Assembly (NCBI GenBank): GCA_951406725.2
Contig: OX597830.1
Coordinates: 41,292,001-41,356,000 of the forward strand
Length of the DNA: 64,000 bases
DNA from: Octopus vulgaris
Taxonomy: Eukaryota
Reading direction: 5' to 3'
Below the pieces are notes generated by a model. The model was not told where the DNA came from. It worked only from the letters and a program-made list of their open reading frames with translations, and ran no database searches. The number at the start of each line of letters is the position of its first letter. Position 1 is the stretch's first letter. Positions 28,388 through 41,880 of this stretch are shown piece by piece. Both the position numbers and the translations under genes were made by a program.

Positions 28388-29355
28388 TAATAATAATAAT
28401 ACTAACAACAACGATAACAATCCAGCTGCTTGATTAAATAACATGTCACATAGTTAACCATTTCTTAATTCTCTGTTAACTGTATTGATGTTCTCAGCAT
28501 CACAGTCAATTGGTTTTCACTTCAGACACCAACCACCACCACCACCACCATGCGCACACATTGTTAGACAAATGAAACATACTATTCCATACTCTTTCAC
28601 TGCCTTGTTTTCTCTAGAATTCTTCAAATTTAGCTGCTATAATGATTCCAGGAGTGTTATTTTAATGTCTGTTATGTTTTGGTTAAAATTCTTTCTTTCC
28701 TTTCTTCTCTTTTCAACTTTAATTCCCTAGTTCCAATATTCTTTTTTTTTTTTTTCCTTTCCTACAAGGTTTCTGCTTTCTCCCAAGTCAACTTCCCAGA
28801 TCTTTTTTCTTTGCATTTTGAATATTTTACAACTATTTTAGATTTTGTTTTTTTTTTGCTTTTTACTTTTCCCCTTCTTGTGTTTTGTCATTTTATTTGG
28901 ATTCTCTTTAATTTTTTTCTTTTTTTTTCATTCAATTTAAAAAACAAAAATAAAAAAAAAAACAAGGCAAAATAAAACAGGAAAAAAAAAATTCAGTCTG
29001 GATTTTTTCCAATTGTCACGCCCAAATGGAATTCTCATGTCTTCACCGTTCTTAACCAATGTAGTAAATTTCTGCCAACAGCTAAACTGCTCCATGGTAG
29101 CTAGACTGAAGAAAACTATTGATCTGGTCTTTGGCTATTTCCGGCCAACACACTGCTGACTGTTCATTAATACACGCATTCAAATAGAAGCAGTTGTAAC
29201 ATTAGAGCCTGTGACAGCTAATATTAATGATTTCTCCAACCATTCATTCTATTCAATGCTTGTCAACTAGCAAAATTTTAATACATTTTGACCTTGTCAT
29301 TTATAGCACAACTCACTTCAGTTTTCTATGTACATCACAATCATTTCTGCTGTGC

Positions 29356-29403
<48 letters not shown>

Positions 29404-29502
29404 GCACACACATACATAAGTACATACATACATATATTTGTATGTATATTAGCTATCACTATTTAGCTTGCCAAGTCTTACGACTAACAATGAATTGCTT
29501 GC

Positions 29503-29510
29503 TATTATTA

Positions 29511-29586
<76 letters not shown>

Positions 29587-29608
29587 CATTATTATTATTA
29601 TTATTATT
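29503..29608. repeat. (TTA)n microsatellite
   Basis: Direct reading. Confidence 0.97.
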
Positions 29609-29609
29609 G

Positions 29610-29827
29610 AGGCAGTGAGTTAGTTGACTAGTTAGCACTCCTATCAAATGCTTTATGGCATTTCATCCGTCTTCACATTCTGAGTTCAAATTCCGCCAAG
29701 GTAAAATTTGCCTTTCATCCTTTCAGGGTTGATAAATTTAGTATCAGTGATACACTGGGGGGGGGGGTCAATGTAAGTGACCATCAACCTCCCCCATATT
29801 TCAGACCTTGTGCCTATAATAGAAAAA

Positions 29828-29884
<57 letters not shown>

Positions 29885-30560
29885 GAGACCTATTGAGTCA
29901 AGTAAGTCAGAATCAAAATCAAATCAAATCAATCAAATGGAAATTGTAGTTGTGGCTGATGCCAGTTCCACCTGACTGGCTCCCATGCTGGTGGCACACA
30001 ATAATGTGTGGATTGTTGCCAGTGCTGCCTGACTGGCTCCCCATGTTGGTGGCATGTAAAAAGCACCATCCAAATGTGGACGATGCCAGCCCCCACACTC
30101 CAACTGGCTCCTGTGCCAGTGGCACGTAAAAAGCGCCATCCGAACATGGCCAATGCCAGTGCTGGACACAATATTTAGTTGTATTTGTTCCGTCTTTACA
30201 TTCTGAGTTCAGATTCTGCCAAGGTCAGCTTATCTTTTCACCAGTGAAATTTTGGGGTCAATGTAATCAATTAATCCTCTCCCCCAAATTTCAGGCCTTG
30301 TGCCTATGACAGAAAGGATTATTATTATTATTATTAATATTAAGGTGGTGAGCTGACGGAATCATTAGCATGCTGGATGAAATGTTTAGTGGCATTTCGC
30401 TTGTCGCTACTCCTAGTTTAAATTCCGACGAGATCAACTTTGCTTTGCATCCTTTTGGGGTCGATGAAATAACTACCAGTTGAACATTGGGATCAATGCA
30501 ATTGATTCATTCCTTCCCCTAAAAATTGCTGTCCTTGTGGCAAAATTTGAAACTATTATT
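29610..30560 (+). mobile_element. Cluster of family A SINEs plus a family D fragment
   Basis: ctgagttcaaattcc...ttgcctttcatcc cores at ~29680, ~30200 and ~30420; gtggcacgtaaaaagc repeats at 29950-30170. Confidence 0.75.
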
Positions 30561-32754
30561 GGTTGATACTATTTAAACCCCAGGCAAGCTCTGACTGAAC
30601 AGACCTGTGATCAAGGATGTTTCACCAATGACCACTATATTTTATTTATTTATTTATTTATCTATTTTAGATATGATGTTTATAAGACCACATTGGTCAA
30701 TGTGTTCATTGCAATAAAGTATGATTTGAGGGAAATTAGGTTACTATTTCTAGCAAAATTTTGTGACCATATAGAGTTCTCTGTCATTGCATTAAACTAA
30801 TTTAATGAACATTATTGATGATCAGTCAGATGTAGTTTACTTGTATTTCGGTAATTACTTCAGTTGGTCAGTGCTGTTACTGTTTAGTATTCAATATGGT
30901 ATAATATAGCATGGTAGTTACTATTATTGATGGCCATTGAAATACAGTAAAGTTACAGAAATGTTAGATACAATGTCTAAATGTCTTGTACTATTTAGCT
31001 TTCTTTTTCCTCATTCTGTGTTCAGTTGCTTCTGGTGGTAATTGGTTAATAAAAATAAGCACCTGGAATCTATAGTAGTTGATCTAATTGGTTATATTCA
31101 TCACCATCATCATCCTCATTTCAATGTCCACTTTTCTGTGCTCACAAGGGCTGGATGGAATTCATTGAGGAAAATTTTCTTCAACTGGATGCCCTTTCTG
31201 TTTCCAATTCCCACCTGTTTCCAAGCAAGGTTATAGTTCCCCATGATCAAGCATGTTCTTCACTGAAGATTGGAACTGAAAGACCTCACTTCCATGATGG
31301 TGACACTCATTTACAGCTATCACACAATGTGAAGGCAAAGAGATGGTAAAACACACAGACACACACATATATATTCAACAGGCTTCTTTCAGTTTCCATC
31401 TACCAAACTCACTCACAAGGCTTTATTTGGTCCAAGGTGCTATGAAGTAAGACTGAACTTAGAACCATGTGGTTGGAAAGCTAACCTCTTACCACACACC
31501 ACACCTGTACCTTTATAAATTTGTGAACCTGTACCAATGAAAGAAATCATGATTTTTGCCTAGGGTGGTAGTTTAGCAAAATTGGTAATGCATTAAGCCA
31601 AACGCAATAAATTTTCTCCAATTTAGCACCGTAGGGTCAAAGGGATTGATGGATAACTGAATATTTTGGATATTGGATCATCAGTTTTTAAATTACCATA
31701 GCTCCTTACCAAAATCATTAAAACTCTCTCTCTCTCTCCCTATATATATACATATATATATACATATATAAGTTTTATTATTAATATTCTGAATATAATG
31801 GAAATGAAAGAAATAGGAAGAAATAAAAGTATAATTTAAGTCAAATTGCAGCTTGTGGGACTTTCTGAGTGGCAAACCTAACAAAAATTTACTTTCAATT
31901 TTTTTTTGTTGTGTGTCCCAGCTGATAAAGAGCCATGTCTCATGTGGCCCACTTCTCAAAATAAAAAAAAATGCCTGATTTAAGTAAAGAGCGAGTTTTA
32001 TTTACCAAACGAAATACGGGTAAAATAAAAATGCAGTAAAATAGAATGCTGTACTTCGAGAAGCACCAATCCAATTTAAATACTGTAGAAATTACCGTTT
32101 TTTTTAAATGACTATTAATTAATTAAAACAATTTCTCTTAACTCTAATTAGCAGCACATTTTCTTATATATTTCTTTTCTCGGTGCTAGTTGCTTGAGAA
32201 TTCTGTGTAATTGAATTTCAGGTAAAAGGGAGTTTACTGTACATAGATGCTTTTATTGTCACGGTTAACTTTGTTCTCTATCTTTCTAGAGTTCATAAAA
32301 TAAGTGCCAGTCAGATACTTGGGTTCATATAATTAACTGTTTCTGCCTCGGCAGTGTATAGTCACAAGCAATAGTTGGAAAGAAGCTGGCAGAATCATTA
32401 GCATGCTGGGGAAAATGCTTAACAGCATTTCCTCCATTTTCACATTCTGAGTTCAAATTCCACCGAGGTTGACTTTGCCTTTCATTCTTTCAGGGTCAAT
32501 AAATTAAGTACCAGTGAAATACTGGGGTCAGTGAAATCGAGTTAGTCCCTCCCCCGAGATTTCAGGCCTTGTGCCTTTAGTAGAAAGGGTTATTTACCAA
32601 TCACAAAAGCCATTAACCATCTTCATGCATGTTATTGACCATTGTGATATAGCATGTGGCTCAATGTTATTGGTCAGTTTAGTATAGCTACATGATTATT
32701 ATTGTTGCTATGGTTACGCTATTATTGGCAAATGTGATATAGCTATGTGGTCAA

Positions 32755-33240
32755 TACAGTTCTATATTTAAGAGATGAGGAATTATGTACATTATTTACA
32801 TTTGTCGGATATTTGTTTGTTATTAACACAACGTTTCGGCTGATATACCCTCAAGCCTCCATCAGGTGTCTTGGGGAAATTTCGAACCTGGGTTCTCATT
32901 CCTAAGGTATTTTTCAATGTTATCCTTATTATTATTCAGGTCACTGCCTGGAATCAAACTTGGAATCTTGGGGTTGTAGTCTGCGCTCTTAACCACTATG
33001 CCCATGGGCATATGACGTAGTGGTTAAGAGCGCAGGCTACTAACCCCAAGATTCCAAGTTTGATTCCAGGCAGTGACCTGAATAATAATAAGGATAACAT
33101 CGAAAAATACTTTAGGAATGAGAACCCAAGTTTGAAATTTCCCCAAGACACCTGATGAAGACTGGAGAGTAAATCAGCTGAAATGTTGTGTTAACAAGAA
33201 ACAAGATGAGGACAAATATCCGTCAAATGTAAATAATGTA
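32755..33240. mobile_element. Palindromic element: head-to-head tRNA-like heads, each followed by a hammerhead motif
   Basis: 32788-33004 pairs with 33005-33240 around TATGCCCA|TGGGCATA. tRNA-like head at 33006-33078 (A-box TAGTGGTTAAG, B-box GTTTGATTCC). Hammerhead motifs at 33147-33192 (+) and 32825-32870 (-). Confidence 0.8.
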
Positions 33241-34297
33241 AATAATAATATGTGGTCAGTGTTATTGATCATTGTGATACAGTTGTGTGATATATTACTG
33301 CTATGAGTCAATACAACTTTGGTAATTTCTGTTACTGGTCAGTATGATATGTTAGCGCCATGTTATTCTTGTTACTGATCACTACATTATGTCTATAGCT
33401 TTTATCTTCTGGCAGAACCGTAAGCATGCAAGGTGAAATGCGTAGCCGTATTTTGTCTGCCATTACGTTCTGGGTTCAAATTCCGCCGAGGTCGACTTTG
33501 CCTTTCATCCTTTCGGGGTCAATAAATTAAGTACTGGGGTCGATGTAATCGACTTAATCCGTTTGTCTGTCTTTGTTTGTCCCCTCTGTGTTTAGCCCTT
33601 TGTGGGTAGTAAAGAAATATATCTTAGACCCATCCTCCACAGCAGAGGTGTTAATGTCGCTCCCCCTGCTAAAGAGGATTATCCTGCAAGAGCCCTGTGC
33701 CAGTGTCACATAAAAGCCACCTGTGCTGGTGCCTTGTAATAGCGCTTGTGCCAGCACCATGTAAAAGGGTCCATGTTGATGCCACATAAAAAGCACCCAG
33801 TACACTCTGTAAAATGGTTCATGTTAGGAAAGGCATCCAGCCATTGAAACTATGCAAAAACAGACAACTGGAGCCTGGTGCTGTTCTCCAGTTTGGCAGC
33901 TCTGGTCAAACTATCCGTACCAGCATGGAAAATCGATATTAAATGATGATGATGATGATGATGATGGTGGTGATTTTTTATATTAATTATTTATTTTACT
34001 CAGGACAGTGAGTTAGCAGAACCATTAGCACTCAGGACAAAATACATAATGGCATTTCATTTGTCTTTTATGTTCTCAGTTCAAATTCTACCAAGGGCAA
34101 TTTCGCCTTTCATCCTCTTGGGAGTCAATAAAAACCAGTCTCAATTGAGCACAGGGTGATGTTATCAACAAGTCCTCTACCCCAAAATTTCAGGCCTCAG
34201 GCCTACAGCAGAAATAATTAATTATTCGTTTACTAATCCTTTGATTAATTAGTTAAGTAATGTCTTTATTAATTAATTTATCATGTTATATTTTCAG

Positions 34298-34410
34298 CTT
34301 TGGGTGGAATGGTTTGGTGATCATACTTTTACTCAGGTTGAACCAGAAAAACTGAAGACTTTGTCAGAAGGTTTAGAAGCACATCACCGTGCACGGAAAA
34401 AATATAGAAA
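34298..34410 (+). CDS. MBD5: Exon encoding PWWP C-terminal part (LWVEWFGDHTFTQVEPEKLKTLSEGLEAHHRARKKYR)
   Basis: Acceptor atattttcAG (34296-34297), phase 0; donor AA|GTATGT at 34411, phase 2. VEPEKLKTLSEGLEA resembles MBD5 VEPEKLKTLTEGLEA (recalled). Confidence 0.93.
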
Positions 34411-34979
34411 GTATGTATTTTTATCTCTTTTTCTCTTTAATCTTTTACTTGTTTCGGTCATTAGACTGCGGCCATGCTGGGGCACCACCTTGAAGAATTT
34501 TAGTTGAATAAAACAACCCCAGTCATTATTCTTTTAAGCCTGGTATTTATTCTATCATTGTCTTTTTGCTGAACCACTAAGTTATGGGGACATAAGCACA
34601 CCAATGTCAGTTTGTCAAGTGGTGGTGGGGGGAAAACACACACACATATATGTGAAGGCATATGATGGGTCAGTGGTTAGAGTGTTGGGCTTACAATCAT
34701 GAGGTTGTGAGTTCAATTCCCAGACAAGACTGTGTGTTGTATTCTTGAGCAAAACACTTTACTTCACATTGCTCCACTTCACTCAGCTGTAACGAGTTGT
34801 GACGTCATTGGTGCCACAAGCTGTATCAGCCTTTGCCTTTCTCCTGGATAACATCTGTGACGTGGAGGTGGGGGCGGCTGTTATGCATGGGCAACTGCTG
34901 ATCTTGCATAAACAACCTTGCCTGGACTTGTGCCTCGGAGGGGAACTTTCTAGATTCAATCCCATTGTCATCAATACTG

Positions 34980-35013
34980 TTACCACCACCATCACTACCA
35001 CTACCATCAATCC

Positions 35014-35060
<47 letters not shown>

Positions 35061-35165
35061 CCATCATCATCACCATCCATCCATCTTCCCCATCATTATT
35101 ACTACCGCCATCATCATCATCAACATCATCATAACTACCACCATTATCATCATCATCATCATTGT
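34980..35165. repeat. (CAT)n/(CAC)n compound microsatellite
   Basis: Direct reading. Confidence 0.93.
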
Positions 35166-35789
35166 TACTGCAAATATTATTTAATCCACAAAACCCTTTG
35201 AGATATGTACTTAGGGTCCAATATTCCAATTGTTTATCCAATCAGCCATTTTGTCTCTACTCTATCATCATCATCATCATCATCATCTATGGCATCATTA
35301 TTAGTAGTGCTGTTGTTGTTGTTATTAATATTTAAACCTCCATTCCCCTCGTACACATCTCCCTTCCCTCTGTGCTGGAAAAAAAAAAATTGGATTGACC
35401 AATTAACCTCATTTTGTGTTGTCATCATTACCATCATCATCATCAGCAGCAGCAGCAGCAGCAATAATTTAATATTTCCATGTAGGCATGAATAGACAAT
35501 GCATCCAATTTATCTATCTGTGTGTGTGAGAGAGAGAGAGAAGCTGTATAAGTGAGATTAAGGTCTCATAAGAAAACTGGTGTTGGGGGAGTGGTGTCAG
35601 TGATGAGATAGGGATGGCAGTCATCATCATTATCATCAGTCATTAATACAGTGTGTAGTAAGATTAAGAGAGTATATTTTCACATCAGACTGATATAATA
35701 ATGATTATTATGATAATAATAATAATAGTAGTAGTAGTAGTAGTAGTGAGGTTATTATATAAAGCGCTCAGGTGCACTATAAACTGCAT

Positions 35790-35826
<37 letters not shown>

Positions 35827-36060
35827 TGATAAATAAATAGGTACTTTTAGTCAAGAGACATACATAAAATAGAATAAAAGAAAGAAAAGAAACCTGCTTT
35901 TCGGAAACATTATGAAAGTAGAACCTGCTCAGGGCATTTGCAGGGATTGAGTGTGTGTGTACACACACACACACTGCTGGCGCCAAAACTGTAGAACTAA
36001 TAATACAGTTAGTATTGACAATATATTATCATCATTATTATTATTATTATTATTATTATT

Positions 36061-36268
36061 AAGGCGGTGAGCTGGCAGAATCGTTAGTCCTCCGAGCAAA
36101 ATGCTCAGCAGTATTTCGTCTGCTGCTATGTTCTGAGTTCAAATTCCACACTATTCCTTTCAACTTTTTGAGTTCAATAAATTGAGAACCAGTTGCATAC
36201 TGGGGTCGATCTACTTAATTGGCTCCCTCCCCCAAAATTTCATGCCATGTGCCTATAGTAGAAAAGAT
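36061..36268 (+). mobile_element. Family A SINE (other copies ~32385-32590, 33410-33620, 34003-34215, 40878-41090, 57868-58075; minus-strand copies 43540-43930)
   Basis: aaggcggtgagctggcagaatcgttag head, B-box GAGTTCAAATTCC, (TTA)n tail. Confidence 0.8.
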
Positions 36269-36460
36269 TATTATTATTCTTATGATTGTTATTGTCATTA
36301 TCATTATTATTACAATGAATGTGTACATTATCCTGTAACCCATGTCCACCTTGTACGCACTTTACATGCTTCTTTGTTTTTACATCATTGATTAAAGTGT
36401 GGTAGGAAGAGGGGACAGTTGCTTACTTCTATCTGTTTCTGCATGTGTGTGTGTGTGTTA

Positions 36461-36997
36461 TTAGTTCAAAACAGCATTCTATATTATATACTTAATACAA
36501 GTACACTGTTGAATGCCTGGAAAGTGAGGTATTCATCTCAAGAAAACATACTTTATAGATGTACAGCATTAAAAAGCAGAGAAATATATCAGTAGCAAGC
36601 ATAAAATATCCAGCAGCAGTGTTGGAATTGCTAAATATGTATTTCTGCTTTTTTGAGCATCATCAATAGCAAGCATCCAAGAAAAACCACATGCTAAAAC
36701 AAATTAAATTCTACTGATATAGAAAAGTAGTTATTAGCATATCATTGGTATTGCTATTTGCCAACAGGTTGGGTAAAAATTTGTTATTAGCAATGGAAGC
36801 AGCATTAGTCCAAAATAGCATTCTGTATATCATACTTAACACAGATATACTGCTGAAAGCCTAGAAACTGCAGAATCTGTCTCAAGAAAGCATCTCTTAT
36901 GGACATATAGTGTTAAAAAAAAAACACAGAAATTTACAAGTTGTAAATGAAGAGTCTGGCAGTGTTGATAGAATTGCTAAATACATTTTTCTGCTTC
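36461..36997 (+). repeat. Diverged tandem duplication, ~345-bp period
   Basis: ttagttcaaaacagcattctatatt...gaattgctaaatatgtatttctgctt (36461-36652) resembles ttagtccaaaatagcattctgtat...gaattgctaaatacatttttctgctt (36806-36997). Confidence 0.7.
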
Positions 36998-37497
36998 TTT
37001 GTGTATATACACACACATCATCATCATCATCATCTTGCTGCAACCGAAATGTATCACACAATGCTGCACCAGGAATCTCTGCCTCTCGTTAGTTTCAATT
37101 CCATATTGTGCATCTGTGCCAGTAACATTGATCTATTGATTGTTGAGTGGTCTTTGTCTTCTATTTGGGTGAGAAAGTCCCCAAAATATAGCATCTTAAT
37201 ATGATTTGTTGCTCACCACAATAGCAATGGCTAGCAAAACCTCTCCTGCATTGAGCAATAATACTAGAGACGAGTGGAATGTGTCCTTAAATTTCCTCTT
37301 TGATCTTGTGTTCATGTCTTCATTTTCTGCTTAAATCGTATAAATTGTTATCTACATTTGTTTTTATAATTCTTGAATAATAAATGTTTACTGACATGTC
37401 TTTTTTTTTTCTTTTTTCTTTCCCCCTCCTCCCGCTATCTCTTTTTCTCTTTCTCTCATCCTCTTTTCCCCCTCCATTCTCCCCACCTGTATCTCAG

Positions 37498-37639
37498 AGG
37501 GAGGAAAATGAACTCTCATTTAGAAGCTGCTATTCAGGAAGCAATGATGGAATTGGATCATCAAAATGTTTCTGAAACAGATGGAAAAAACTTTCCAGTT
37601 AATAAAGGAAGAGCAGTGAAGAAACGGAAAACTCGGTGA
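37498..37639 (+). CDS. MBD5: Terminal coding exon (KGRKMNSHLEAAIQEAMMELD...AVKKRKTR*)
   Basis: Long polypyrimidine tract then ctcAG (37496-37497); phase 2 completes AA|A Lys; TGA at 37637-37639. HLEAAIQEAMMELD resembles MBD5 HLEAAIHEAMSELD (recalled); basic NLS-like C-terminus. Confidence 0.92.
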
Positions 37640-38845
37640 TGTTGAATTGCAAATTACAGCACTACTGTGATAAAAATGCTTATCAGAAGCAGGAGCTACA
37701 CCCCTGGTGGCTATTTTCGTTGTTTGTTTTTGTTTTTTTTTCCATCTTTATATATTTTTTTGTAAATGTGAGCAAGGCCCCCTCACACTGTATAGACTTG
37801 GTTATAAGCAAATACAGGGGGTTAAATAAAAAATAAAAAAGAAAAAAAAAGAAAATATGGTGTGGAAAGCCATTTGAAACTTTTATGGTAAAAGAAGTGA
37901 CTGTGAACAATGGTATAGTTCTTTTATTTAGCATTATTATTCTACCGAAAGGCCACATGTTTACAAAAAAAAAATATATTATTAAAAAAAAGTAAAGATC
38001 TATTGTTATTATAGAGATGAACTCAGTTCTGTGTACTGGATCATAACTTGCTTGTTACTTTTTCTCTCTTTGTTTATTTGTTTGTTCTTTTTTTTTTTTT
38101 TTGGTCTGCCACCCCATTCCCAACCACCACCACCACCACCTCCACAAAAAAAAATTCATTATTGTTCTATATCACTTTTTTTTTTTTTGGAATCTCCTTC
38201 ATTCTTTGGGCTCTTTTTTTTTTTTACCATTTCAAAATCTGTGACTACACCTCCCCCATCCCTTTCCTTAAATAAGGAACAAAAAAAAAAACCCAAAATT
38301 CTATATCTGCCACCCTTACACTTCCTCTTCTCCTTCTTCTCCTTCTCCCTCCTACAAAAATTTTTATTACAGGAGAGTATATTAGTTCTCTAGAGAGGCT
38401 GTGATTTTCCTCAAATCTACCTCTTAAAAACGCATTAGAAGACATGACTATATCAGAAAAGTCAGTTTGAAAAAGAATTTCCTTAATAATAGCAAAAGCA
38501 ACAATAAACTCATTCATATATATATGTATATATATACATGCATATGCATATATGTATATGTATATATATATATATAAATTATATATATTCTTACATATGT
38601 ATATATGTACATATATACATATATGTATGTATATGAAAGAGAGAGAGAGAGAGATTGTATTAAAAATATTTATACATTTACCTATATATATATATATATA
38701 TCCTATATAAAAATATCATATATATATATATATATGTATATTGTGTGTGTGTATATATATATATATATATACACACATATATAAATTGTATAAATATATT
38801 GATATATATACATACACATTTATATATATATATATATATTGTGTA

Positions 38846-38895
<50 letters not shown>

Positions 38896-39377
38896 TTGCT
38901 GAAAGTTATCCTAGAGGGAAACAATTCATTCATTGATACTGTCATCATTTAAGCTACGTTTGCTATGGACAAGGGAGGCAATTGGGCAATATTTAACTTG
39001 GTAGCTGGTGAAGAACTCCACACAAAAATATTAAGCATTCTAATTCTTTCTTTGTTTTTAGCCAGACTATATTGTTTTTCTCTCTAATACAACAATTGTA
39101 ATCTTGTTGAGATTTATTTATTTTAGTTTTTTATTTAAATTATATTACTTTATATATAATAATAATGAGCTTATTGTAACTAGTGCATAGATGCACTACA
39201 ATATTACAATATTATCATAAAATTATTACAATATATCTTGTTGCATATAATTATTAGAATAATATGTAATATTTATTAAATATTAATATGACATTTTCTT
39301 CAATATATGATCGTCTCATAAAAGTATATTATTCTTTTTTTATTCTATATATATACATGTATATACATGTGTGTGTA

Positions 39378-39419
<42 letters not shown>

Positions 39420-40150
39420 TACATACATGCACATACATACACACAGATATATATATGTATATATATATATACTTACACTCTCAAGATTTCAATCTAAAAT
39501 TATCTTTTTAAATTTTCTTGCACATTTAAAAAAAAATTATTCTTTTTCTCATTCCACACAATTTTTTTCTTCTTTTCACATTTCAAAAGCTAAGTTTCAC
39601 AGTTACATAAATTTTTACCTATTACTTCCATAAATTTTACCCTTACAAATTACATATTAAAATGCCATAACTTTAAAATTAAAATTAATGATTTCTTCAC
39701 TGCGTTATATATCCGGACTATATCAAAAACTAAATTTTCAAGAAAAGGAAAAAAAAGGGAAAGGACAGAAAAATTTTTTTTTTAATGCAAATACAAATTG
39801 TTGTTCTTTATATAATAAAAAAAAAAGTATGCCTTGTAGAAATGGTAAAAAAAAGTTCTGGTTTTAATAATGGAATTCATGTCTCCATATTTCACTATAA
39901 ATCTGAAGGCAGAGATTAGCAAAGCATTTTAATTTATTCTACAAATTTTCTAGATTTTTATCTGAGTGATAATAACAAGAACCATTTGAGTAATAGCAAA
40001 AAAAAATGCAAAAAAAAAGACATTTGTTGCATTTAATTTGATCCACAATTTTGAACATGCATATTAAATATTCAACTAATAAGCAATAAATACTTTTGTT
40101 TTTAAAATGCATTATTAGTTATCAATTAAAAGATAGATGATATTAATTAT
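37640..40150 (+). other. Probable 3' UTR of the MBD5-like gene (end uncertain)
   Basis: Follows the stop codon; about 2.5 kb with no recognisable SINEs, unlike the flanking introns; AU-rich with several AATAAA (e.g. ~37824, ~40085). Confidence 0.4.
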
Positions 40151-41087
40151 TTTTATTTATTTTAATTAGCTGAATATAAAACTTTAGCAAATTTTTAGGA
40201 TGTTTTTGAATGTCACACTATGTCTGTGTCCAAAATCTAAGGAAACTTTATAGATGCACCATTGTCATCATCTTTGTCATCATCATTGTTATTTAACATT
40301 CATGTTCCATGCTGGTATGGGTTGGACACTTGTAACGAATGAGTCCAATGACTGCATTGTGCTCCACTGTCTGCTTGGCATGGTTTCTACAGCTGAATGC
40401 CCCTGCTAACAGCAACCACTTTTCAATGTGTACTGGCTGCTTTTATCAATCTACCAGCACTCCTCGTGAGGTTACCATTCAGTTTGCAAGACTACAGACC
40501 CTGAGAGATGCAGCTTTATGTTTGGAGAAGGAACCACTGCAGAACAAATTTCTTGCTGATATGTATAACGTATATAAATCTGTGTGTGTGTGTGCCTGTG
40601 TGTCTGTATGTGTGTATATATATATATCATGATTTTCATATGGTAACATTAACATCAGATTTTAAAAACAAATTTCACTCTACATACATTATGTGCTAAG
40701 TACTTTCTGTTTAGGAGTATTTATGTCTTTTACTGCTAACAGATTTTTATCATTACAAGTGTATTAGAATTTTAACTTTTATAGGCCTCACTCGTCAGTT
40801 AAGAAACTTGGGGCAAAGAAATGTTGAATACCCAGTTCTTCTACATGTTGTTGTTGTTATTATTAGTATTATTATTTGGGCAGTGATCTGGTAGAATCAT
40901 TAGTGCACTGGGCAAAATGCTTAGTGGCATTTTGTCCGTCTTTATGTTCTGAGTTCAAATTTTGCCAAGGTCGACTTTGCCTTTCATCCTTTCGTAGTTG
41001 ATAAAATAAGTACCAGTTCAGTACTGGTCAGTGTAATCGACTATATCCCTCCCCCAAATTTCAGGCCTTGTGACTTTAGTAGAAAGG

Positions 41088-41121
<34 letters not shown>

Positions 41122-41822
41122 GTGGAATATGTATTAGTATATTCAAACTTGAGAAAATTTTACTCAACACAAAAAGCAGAATGAAATTATTGTAGCTAGC
41201 TGAAAATTTACAATTCTAACTTATTTTCACTGTTTTCTCCAATAAAGATTAAAAGGAGATTAAATTTAGTAAGAAAAATATGAGGAGTTCAACAAACATT
41301 ATGTGCCTGCTTATCTATTTATGTATATGCTTATAGAATTGTGTGTGTGTGTGTGTATCTAAATATATAATGTAGGTTCTGATTGGATAGAAAATCAGTT
41401 ATTTGTCAATGCAACACTTAACTCAAACTCCTGGCCCTCCACACTCTCAAATTGGAACCATGGAGAAAATTGAAAGTCCAGTGCTGCACAAACTCCAGGT
41501 ACATCACTGGTAAAAAACAGTGTGTGAGTCTTATGAAGAGCAACACGTAACACAAGTAAGAATGCATGTCTTGATGCTCGTCTGATGAAGTGCCACTCCA
41601 ATATAATCAACTACACATTGTATAACTTTTCACATGGAATCATTTCTGTGCAATGTGGTTAAAAATGGAGGGGTACTGAAACAATTGTAACAAATAATTA
41701 AGATATGCTAAATTCATTCTTCAACTTTTAGAGAACAACAAAATATTTACTGATGGTGGGATTCAATACATTAATAGAGTAAAATTTATTGATTAAATAT
41801 ATATCTATATATATATAATATA

Positions 41823-41880
<58 letters not shown>

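Noticed and set aside
33006-33078. Functional tRNA gene
   Set aside because: A and B boxes are present, but the acceptor stem is poor and it is embedded in a repeated mobile element; treated as a tRNA-derived head. The same applies to the other SINE heads.
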